A program made the translations under genes and the position numbers. Of a DNA stretch of 64,000 nucleotides, positions 57,724 through 64,000 are shown piece after piece. How positions within the stretch are numbered: the first letter of the stretch is position 1; each line of letters starts with the position of its first letter. This DNA comes from Planctomycetota bacterium (GTDB lineage Bacteria > Planctomycetota > B15-G4). The DNA lies in NCBI GenBank assembly GCA_038212275.1, contig JBBQUR010000013.1, positions 64,001 through 128,000 on the forward strand. The letters are read 5' to 3'. The notes under the pieces are model-generated. The model had not been told where the DNA came from, did no database searches, and was given only the letters and a program-made list of their open reading frames with translations.

Positions 57724-58940
57724 GCAGTCGTCGCGCAAGTGCTCCGTTGCATGCCGCGCTCCTGTTGAGCGCTCTCCTTGCGGCCACTCCCGCCGCAGCG
57801 CAGGAGGTGCCGCCTGCCGGTGCGCCGGAGCCCGTCCCGACGGCTCCGGCCGCTCACGAGGCGGACGCGCCGCGCGCCGTCGACGCGCCGACGGACGCTC
57901 CGGCCGACGCTCCGGCCGACGCCCCGGCCGATGCCCCGGCCGATGCCCCGGCCGATGCCCCCGCCGCCATGCCTGTGCTCGAGCCCGGCGAGGTCGCGCG
58001 CATCGGCACGCTGGCCGTGCTGTACGACACGGACTTCGACCGCTACCTCGCCACCTCGTATGCGCGATTGCCCGAGGGCGACGCGGCGCTGCAGCAGTTG
58101 CTCGGCGAGGCGCTCATCAGCCTCGACGCGGCAGCGGCCGGCCTCGTCGCCACTGACGCCGACGTGGATGCGGCGCTGGTTGTGCTGGACGAGCAGTCGC
58201 GCGGGGCCGGCGGCAAGGGTTTCGCGGAAAGCATCCAGGCCGGAGTGGACGACCAGCAGGTGCGTGCAGCAGTGGCCATGCTCGTGCTGCACGAAGGCCT
58301 GGTGCGCGCGGCGGAGGGACTGCCTCCCGAGACGGTGATCACGCCGCAGCAGATGGCCGACTGGCTCGAGAAGCGCGTCGCGGCGGCGCACTGGGAGGCC
58401 TCGCCTCTCGACGACCCCATGGCCGCGACCTTCGAGGGCGGCCAACTCACGAAGGTGGCCGTCGGCGAGCGGCTGCGATCGCTGCTGACGCAGGAGGCGC
58501 TGTCCGGCGTGCTCACCGAGATGATCGGCGTGCTGCTCGTGCGCGCTCGCGCCAACCAGCTCGACGTGGACCTCACGACGGCTGCCGCCACGCGCGAGAT
58601 TCTGGACCGCGACGCCGCGCTGCGCGACCAGGCCGGCGCGGGCGACGTCACCTACCAGCAATTCGTGGAACAGGTGCAGAAGCGTTCGCTTCAGGAACTG
58701 CTGACGTCGGACAGATTCTCCACCGAGGTACTTGTCCGGCTGCTTTCCGAGCACGCCGTCAGCGACGACAAGGCCCGCGAGTTCTGGGAGCAGAACAAGG
58801 AAGGCTTCCGGCAGGCCAGCAAGGACAAGCTGGGCCCGGATGCCGACTGGGAAGCCGCGCGACCCTTCGTCTGGCGCGAGCTGCGACAGCGCGTCTACCG
58901 GTCGCTGTTCGAACAGGTTAGGATCGCCCGCCGATTCTAG
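57720..58940 (+). CDS. Exported protein with duplicated SurA N-terminal-like helical domains
   Basis: Signal peptide (PAAAQ), DAPA repeats, and two helical units like ALQQLLGEALI..AA..GL..TDADVD; no rotamase motif. Confidence 0.6.
   Translation: MSSRRASAPLHAALLLSALLAATPAAAQEVPPAGAPEPVPTAPAAHEADAPRAVDAPTDAPADAPADAPADAPADAPADAPAAMPVLEPGEVARIGTLAVLYDTDFDRYLATSYARLPEGDAALQQLLGEALISLDAAAAGLVATDADVDAALVVLDEQSRGAGGKGFAESIQAGVDDQQVRAAVAMLVLHEGLVRAAEGLPPETVITPQQMADWLEKRVAAAHWEASPLDDPMAATFEGGQLTKVAVGERLRSLLTQEALSGVLTEMIGVLLVRARANQLDVDLTTAAATREILDRDAALRDQAGAGDVTYQQFVEQVQKRSLQELLTSDRFSTEVLVRLLSEHAVSDDKAREFWEQNKEGFRQASKDKLGPDADWEAARPFVWRELRQRVYRSLFEQVRIARRF
57882..57965 (+). repeat. 12-bp tandem repeat x7 encoding DAPA/DAPT
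   Basis: ga[c/t]gc[n]cc[n]gcc-type units in tandem. Confidence 0.9.
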
Positions 58941-58959
58941 GCTGCAGGAGCGCGACACG

Positions 58960-59286
58960 ATGTTGATCGGCAAGGTCGTCGGCACCGTGGTGTCCACCAT
59001 GAAGGACAGCAAGGTCGCCGCGCTGAAGTTCCAGATCGTCCAGGAGCTGGACGAGCACAACCGCCCGCGCAACAAATACATCGTCGCGGTGGACACGGTG
59101 GGCGCGGGCCAGGGCGACCTGGTGCTCTTCGCCACCGGCAGCAGCGCGCGCCAGACCACGCTGACCGACGGGCGCCCCATCGACGCGGCCATCTTCGCCG
59201 TCATCGACTCCTGGGACGTGGACGACACGCTCGTCTACCAGAAGGAAGGCCTCGAGGCCTTTTCCCGCTCGCCGGCGGAGACGTGA
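58960..59286 (+). CDS. eutN: EutN/CcmL microcompartment pentamer (BMC-P) 1
   Basis: MLIGKVVGTVVSTMK, VAVDTVGAGQGD, GSSAR and PIDAAIFAVID. Confidence 0.95.
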   Translation: MLIGKVVGTVVSTMKDSKVAALKFQIVQELDEHNRPRNKYIVAVDTVGAGQGDLVLFATGSSARQTTLTDGRPIDAAIFAVIDSWDVDDTLVYQKEGLEAFSRSPAET

Positions 59287-59355
59287 GCGCCATGACCCCC
59301 ATCGCCCCGAAAGGGCGCTCCGCCGTCATGCCGAACGCCCCGGAGCGCTGAGGCG

Positions 59356-59661
59356 ATGTTCCTCGCGCGCGTCGTCGGCAGGGTTGTGGCCACGCAGCGG
59401 TTGCCCGGGCTGCTTGGCGAGAAGTTCCTCATCGTGCAGCCGCTGGACGAACAGCGCGCGGTGGCCGGCGACACGCTCGTCACCTGCGATGCGGCCGGCA
59501 GCGGCCTCGGCGACATCGTCCACGTGTGCGACGGCCGCGAGGCCACGCTGGCGCTGCACGACAGCTACGTTCCCATCGACGCGACGATCGTCGGGCACGT
59601 CGAGGAGTTCGCGCACGACGGCCCCGCGCCGCAGGTCTCCGCCGGCGACCCCGACGCATGA
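59356..59661 (+). CDS. eutN: EutN/CcmL microcompartment pentamer (BMC-P) 2
   Basis: MFLARVVGRVVATQR, GREA and PIDATIVGHVE. Confidence 0.93.
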   Translation: MFLARVVGRVVATQRLPGLLGEKFLIVQPLDEQRAVAGDTLVTCDAAGSGLGDIVHVCDGREATLALHDSYVPIDATIVGHVEEFAHDGPAPQVSAGDPDA

Positions 59662-59960
59662 AGCTCGGGCGCGTGGTCGGCAGCGTGGTCACGCCCGTGC
59701 AGCACCCGGCCTACGACGGCCGGCGCCTGCTGGCCGTGCGCCCCATCAACCCCGACGGCAGCGACGCCCCCGGCGAGCGGATGTTCGTCGCGGTGGACCG
59801 CGCGCAGGCCGGCCCCGGCGACCTCGTGCTGCTCATGGCCGAGGGCAGCTCCGTGCGGGCGATCGTCGGCGACGACAAGGCGCCGATCCGCTGCGCCGTC
59901 GTGGGCGTCATCGACGAACTCGCGATGGACGGCCAGGTGCTCTTCCCCGCCACCACCTGA
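59658..59960 (+). CDS. eutN: EutN/CcmL microcompartment pentamer (BMC-P) 3
   Basis: MKLGRVVGSVV, AVDRAQAGPGD, EGSS and PIRCAVVGVID; ATGA overlap with BMC-P 2. Confidence 0.93.
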   Translation: MKLGRVVGSVVTPVQHPAYDGRRLLAVRPINPDGSDAPGERMFVAVDRAQAGPGDLVLLMAEGSSVRAIVGDDKAPIRCAVVGVIDELAMDGQVLFPATT

Positions 59961-60216
59961 TCGGCGCGCAGCTCGCGAGCGACCGCGCAACAGCGCCGGA
60001 CAGCGCCGGAAAGTGCTCGACAGCGCTTCGCGGCGCCCCGCACAGGGACCTCGCTGCACCGCATCGCGCCGGCCGTCTGATGTTGAGGCAGTGCCTCTAC
60101 TGGAGACGAGCGGCCGAAGAGGGGCCTCGCTGTGTCCGGACGGGCCTCGCAGCCTGATGCGGCCAGCACGGGCGAGCGGGCGGGCGAGCGGGCGGGCGGG
60201 CGGGCGGGACCCTTGG

Positions 60217-60293
<77 letters not shown>

Positions 60294-60405
60294 ATCGGGC
60301 GCCATTGAACCCGGCGCACGGCCCGCGGCGAAAGGGGCCTCGCCCGGAGCGCCCCGGGAGTCGCGAGTGGGCCGCGGGGGCCGGCATGGCTACGATGTCG
60401 CGCCC

Positions 60406-61332
60406 ATGAACCCCATGCACGAACGCGACTACGCCACCCCGATCATGGACCCGCGCGCCACGCCGCCGGGTGCCTGCCCGCAGCCGGCGGTCCATCCGGA
60501 GCTCGAGGGCCAGCCGCTCGGGCAGCCGTGGGCCGCGCCGGCCGCCGGGCCGCTGCGCCGCGGCGTGCTGACCTCCGCGCGGCCCGACGACAAGGCCGCG
60601 CTCGCGCAGCAGATCTGCGACGTCATGCGGATGATGTACGAGCACGAGTTCGTGGTCGCGAACGACGGCAACGTGAGCTGCCGGCTGCCCAACGGCAACA
60701 TCCTCATCACCGCGAGCGGCGTGCTGAAGGGCTACATGACGCCCGACCAGGTCATCGAGTGCGATGCGCAGGGGAACTCGCTCGACGGCCGGCGCGTCAC
60801 CACCGAGATCAAGATGCACGTGGCGGCGTACCAGGTGCGGCCCGACATCCGCGCCGTCGTGCACGGCCACCCGATCTTCGCCGTCGCCTTCTCGCTTGCG
60901 GGCATCTCGCTCGCGGAGTGCGTGATTCCCGAGATCATCGTGACCATGGGCACGATCCCGACGGCGCCCTACGCGACACCGTCCACCTACGACCTTCCCG
61001 AGAGCCTCGCGACCTTCCTCGCGCGCGGTGACGCCGTGATCATGGAACGCCACGGCGTGGTCTGCGTCGGCTCCGACCTGATCGACGGCTACAAGAAGAT
61101 GGAAATGGTCGAGCACACGGCCAAGATCACGCACGCCGCGCGCACCATGGGCGTCGTGCGGCCGATCGCGCCCCCCGGCGTGAAGGCGCTGCTCGACACG
61201 CGCAAGAGCCTCGGCATCTACACCAAGAACAACCTCTGCGACGGCTGCGGCGCGCGCGAGGTCTGCGCCGCGCCGATCTTCCCGGACGCCGCGATGGCCG
61301 CCCCGCCGATGCACCGGCGACCCTCCGGTTGA
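60406..61332 (+). CDS. Class II aldolase/adducin family protein (fuculose-phosphate aldolase-like, BMC-associated)
   Basis: DGNVS, ITASG..KG, TEIKMH, VHGHP and RHG Zn ligands; C-terminal CDGCxxxxxC. Confidence 0.92.
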   Translation: MNPMHERDYATPIMDPRATPPGACPQPAVHPELEGQPLGQPWAAPAAGPLRRGVLTSARPDDKAALAQQICDVMRMMYEHEFVVANDGNVSCRLPNGNILITASGVLKGYMTPDQVIECDAQGNSLDGRRVTTEIKMHVAAYQVRPDIRAVVHGHPIFAVAFSLAGISLAECVIPEIIVTMGTIPTAPYATPSTYDLPESLATFLARGDAVIMERHGVVCVGSDLIDGYKKMEMVEHTAKITHAARTMGVVRPIAPPGVKALLDTRKSLGIYTKNNLCDGCGAREVCAAPIFPDAAMAAPPMHRRPSG

Positions 61333-61641
61333 GGCTGCCGGGTTCCCTGCGGGGCACGCGCTCGACGCAACGAACCTTCTCGACATCATGTGCGACGGGG
61401 AGCTGGAGCTCGGCGTGAATGTCGAAGCGGCGGCCTGCTCCGGAGCAGGCCTCGGTATTGAGTTCACGGCCGGCAGCGTGGAGTTCCAGGCGTTCTCGTG
61501 GCGCGACGAGCTGATGATCGCGCTTGGATTCCGAGATCGCTCACCCCAGCATGGTGTGCCTTGGCCCTGATGCACGCAGCGGTGTCAATGCACGCCGCAT
61601 TCCGTGGAGCCAGATCCGTCGTCCCGATCGAGGAGATGCGC

Positions 61642-62919
61642 ATGAATGTCGTGGCACGTTCGAGCCTCATGGTGCTGGGCCTCCTGCTGTCGATGAGTGC
61701 CGGAGCCGCGGCACAGAAGGCCTTCAAGGCGGACAAGATGTATGTCGTGGACGGCACCGGGGCGCTGCTGGAGTACGACGAGGCCGGCGAGTTCGTGAAG
61801 GTGCTCGACGACGACAGCGCCGCGCTCGCCTTCGGGCCCGACGGACTGCTCTGGGTGGCCAGCGACGCGGGCGTCCGCGGCCTGGATGCGGACGGCGACG
61901 TCATCGTCGGCCCCTTCGGCGGCGTCGCGATCGACGGCACGCCGACGGGCATGTGCTTCGCTGCGGACGGCACGCTCTGCGTCGCGGTGAACGGGCCGGC
62001 GGACGTGATCGCGGTGTTCGACGTGGCGCCAGGCCTGCTGATTCGTTCGCTGGCACTCAGCGCGGCGCTCGACTCGCCGCTGTCGCTGGCGCCGGACGGA
62101 CATGTCGTCGGCACTTTCTCCGCAATGGCCACGGGCGGCGCGGCGCTGCTGCAGCTCGTGGAGTGCGACACCGTCGGCGGGCAGCTCACCAGCATCGACC
62201 TCGGCGACGTCGCGCAGGTCATCAGCGGCGCCGTGACCTTCGGCCCGGACGGCAACCAGTACTTCACGACGCCGCTGGAGGATCGCATCACTGTGCGCTC
62301 GCCAGCCGGCTTGAGCGTCGCCTTCATCGGCACCGGCGCCGGGCTGGACGGCCTCACGGACCTGCGCTTCGGCCCCGATGGCAACCTCTACGTCGGCTCC
62401 TTCGACAGCGACAGCATCGCGGTCATCGACACGACGGGCAATCTGGTGCGCACGCTCGGCGCCGACAGCCCGCTGGACGGACCGCGGCAGATCGCCTTCG
62501 CGCCGCGCCGCTTCAAGACCAAGCTCACCGGCAAGCTGGTGGATGCGGTGGGCAAGAGCAGCTCGCTCAAGGCCGACGCGATCGCCACGCTCTTCGTGGG
62601 CGATGGGCAGCTCATGCTCGTGATCGAGGATGACCCCGGCGACGGCAAGGACTTCGGCTCGCTCTTCGGCACGACGCTCGTGTTCTCGGGTCACCGGGCG
62701 GCGGGCGTCGACCCCAAGACGCGCAGGTTGCAGGCCGTGTGCGTGCTCGACGCGACGCTCGACGCGGGCTTCGCCGCGACGGACCTCAGCATCAAGGGCA
62801 AGCTGGACAAGGACGACGACCGCTTCGTGCCGAGCAAGGCCACCGGTTCCTTCCTGCGCGCCGCGGCCGGCCGCGTCTTCGCGGGCAAGCTGAGCACCGG
62901 CAAGCTCATCAGCAAGTAG
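61642..62919 (+). CDS. Exported beta-propeller protein (NHL/Vgb-like repeats)
   Basis: Signal peptide; repeated LAFGPDG.L.V, FAADGTL and FGPDGNLYV; GAGGAG RBS. Confidence 0.8.
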   Translation: MNVVARSSLMVLGLLLSMSAGAAAQKAFKADKMYVVDGTGALLEYDEAGEFVKVLDDDSAALAFGPDGLLWVASDAGVRGLDADGDVIVGPFGGVAIDGTPTGMCFAADGTLCVAVNGPADVIAVFDVAPGLLIRSLALSAALDSPLSLAPDGHVVGTFSAMATGGAALLQLVECDTVGGQLTSIDLGDVAQVISGAVTFGPDGNQYFTTPLEDRITVRSPAGLSVAFIGTGAGLDGLTDLRFGPDGNLYVGSFDSDSIAVIDTTGNLVRTLGADSPLDGPRQIAFAPRRFKTKLTGKLVDAVGKSSSLKADAIATLFVGDGQLMLVIEDDPGDGKDFGSLFGTTLVFSGHRAAGVDPKTRRLQAVCVLDATLDAGFAATDLSIKGKLDKDDDRFVPSKATGSFLRAAAGRVFAGKLSTGKLISK

Positions 62920-62954
62920 GCGGAGCGGGCGGCAGCTGCGCGCGGGCGCCGACT

Positions 62955-64000
62955 TCAGCCGACGACGTACTTCGCGTCGGAAAGCGAGCGCGCGCGGATG
63001 CGTTCGGCCTCGGCCTCGAAGCCCTTGCGGCCCATGAGCGCATAGGTCGCATTCTTGCCGGCCTCGACGCCGGGCTGATCGAAGGCGTCCACGCCGTAGA
63101 GCTGGCCACCGTAGGCGGTGGCGGTCATCTGCCACATGAGCCATTCGCCCACGGAGAAGGCGTCCACCTCGGGCAGCGTGATCATGCAGCAGGGGCGGCC
63201 CGCGTCCACGAGCGCGAGGAATGTCGCGCGGCACTCCGTATCGAGCAGCCGGCCGAAGGTCGCGCCGTCCAGGTATTCGAGGCCCGGCAGGCCGGCGGGC
63301 GCCTTGGGAATCTGCACGTCATGCGGGTGGCGCTCGACGCGCAGGAAAGTGAAGACCTTGTCGATGGGCCCCTGCGCGAAGAGCTGCACCTGGCTGTGCT
63401 GGTCCGTGACGCCGATGGCCTTGTGCGGCGTGGGGCCGATGCCCTTGCCCGAGGCGTCGTGCTTGCCGAGGCTCTCTGCGACGAGCTGCACGTTCCAGTC
63501 CGCGAGCATGCGCAGGCTGTGGCTGTAAGGGAAGAGCACCTGCACGTTGCAACCGCTCTTCGTGTCGAGGGCGTGGTGCGTCACGGCGAGCAGGGCGGCG
63601 GGATTGCGCTCGAAGTTTCCGGAGAGGCATGCGTCGCGGCCGGCACGTGCGCCTTCGAGCAGGCCGTCGAGGTCCCAGCCCATGAGCGCCCCGGGCAGCA
63701 GGCCCACGGGCGAGAGCACGGAAAAGCGTCCGCCGACGTTGCCCGGAATGGTGAAGCAGGGCAGGTCGTTGGCGACGGCGAACGGCCGCAGGAAGCCGGC
63801 CGTCGCATCCGTGGTGATGACCACGTGCTGGCGCCACTTGTCCCCGAGCGAGGACTTGAGCGCCTCCATGAACAGCAGGAACTGCGCCATCGTCTCCGCG
63901 GTGCTGCCCGACTTGCTGATCACGTTGAACAGCGTCGTCGCCGGATTGCAGAGGCGCAGGACGCCGCCCACCATCGTCGGGTCCACGTTGTCGACGACGA
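62955..64000 (-). CDS. pgi: Glucose-6-phosphate isomerase (5' end outside the window)
   Basis: ISKSGSTAET, VGGRFSVLS, QLVAESLGK, DQHSQVQ and FDQPGVEAGK. Confidence 0.96.
   Translation of the reverse strand, partial: VVDNVDPTMVGGVLRLCNPATTLFNVISKSGSTAETMAQFLLFMEALKSSLGDKWRQHVVITTDATAGFLRPFAVANDLPCFTIPGNVGGRFSVLSPVGLLPGALMGWDLDGLLEGARAGRDACLSGNFERNPAALLAVTHHALDTKSGCNVQVLFPYSHSLRMLADWNVQLVAESLGKHDASGKGIGPTPHKAIGVTDQHSQVQLFAQGPIDKVFTFLRVERHPHDVQIPKAPAGLPGLEYLDGATFGRLLDTECRATFLALVDAGRPCCMITLPEVDAFSVGEWLMWQMTATAYGGQLYGVDAFDQPGVEAGKNATYALMGRKGFEAEAERIRARSLSDAKYVVG

Noticed and set aside
61388..61570. 60-aa ORF between the aldolase and the propeller gene
   Set aside because: It has no RBS or recognisable motif, so I cannot support it as a gene, though it may be a remnant.

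Overview
A 64-kb, very GC-rich, gene-dense bacterial chromosomal segment with a diderm envelope (LpxH-like domain, gmhA/gmhB, Wza). Planctomycetota/PVC affinity is an inference from the BMC pentamer triplet plus class II aldolase and a tRNA-Arg(UCG). In order it holds: rpsA (partial); an LpxH-like/Cmk fusion; gmhA-gmhB; and a ~30-kb surface-glycan region resembling exosortase A/PEP-CTERM-associated EPS loci but with no exosortase in the window. That region encodes FemAB, GT-C, a GT2 pair, a degenerate histidine kinase, a 1464-aa TPR protein, a deacetylase, four GT4s, AsnB, a ligase, a chain-length protein, Wza, rfbB/D/A, two epimerases, glmS and UDP-GlcA decarboxylase, and its main block follows efp-accB-accC. 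Next come an amidinotransferase, mog/moaC, an S41 protease, a 1-kb non-coding composite repeat element, an ABC ATPase with an ABC-2/M1 peptidase fusion, a MoaD/ThiS + BNR propeller pair, DJ-1, a radical SAM protein and MuiA. The window ends with three EutN/CcmL genes, tRNA-Arg(UCG), a class II aldolase, a beta-propeller protein and pgi (partial). The most unusual signals are the 43.9-44.9 kb element (135-bp inverted hairpin arms around a degenerate 14-bp array), two apparent pseudoenzymes in the EPS locus, an Asn-rich Wza tail, the LpxH-Cmk fusion and the hexamer-less BMC locus. No CRISPR array, integrase, transposase or prophage was seen. All calls come from motif recognition by eye; no database searches were run.
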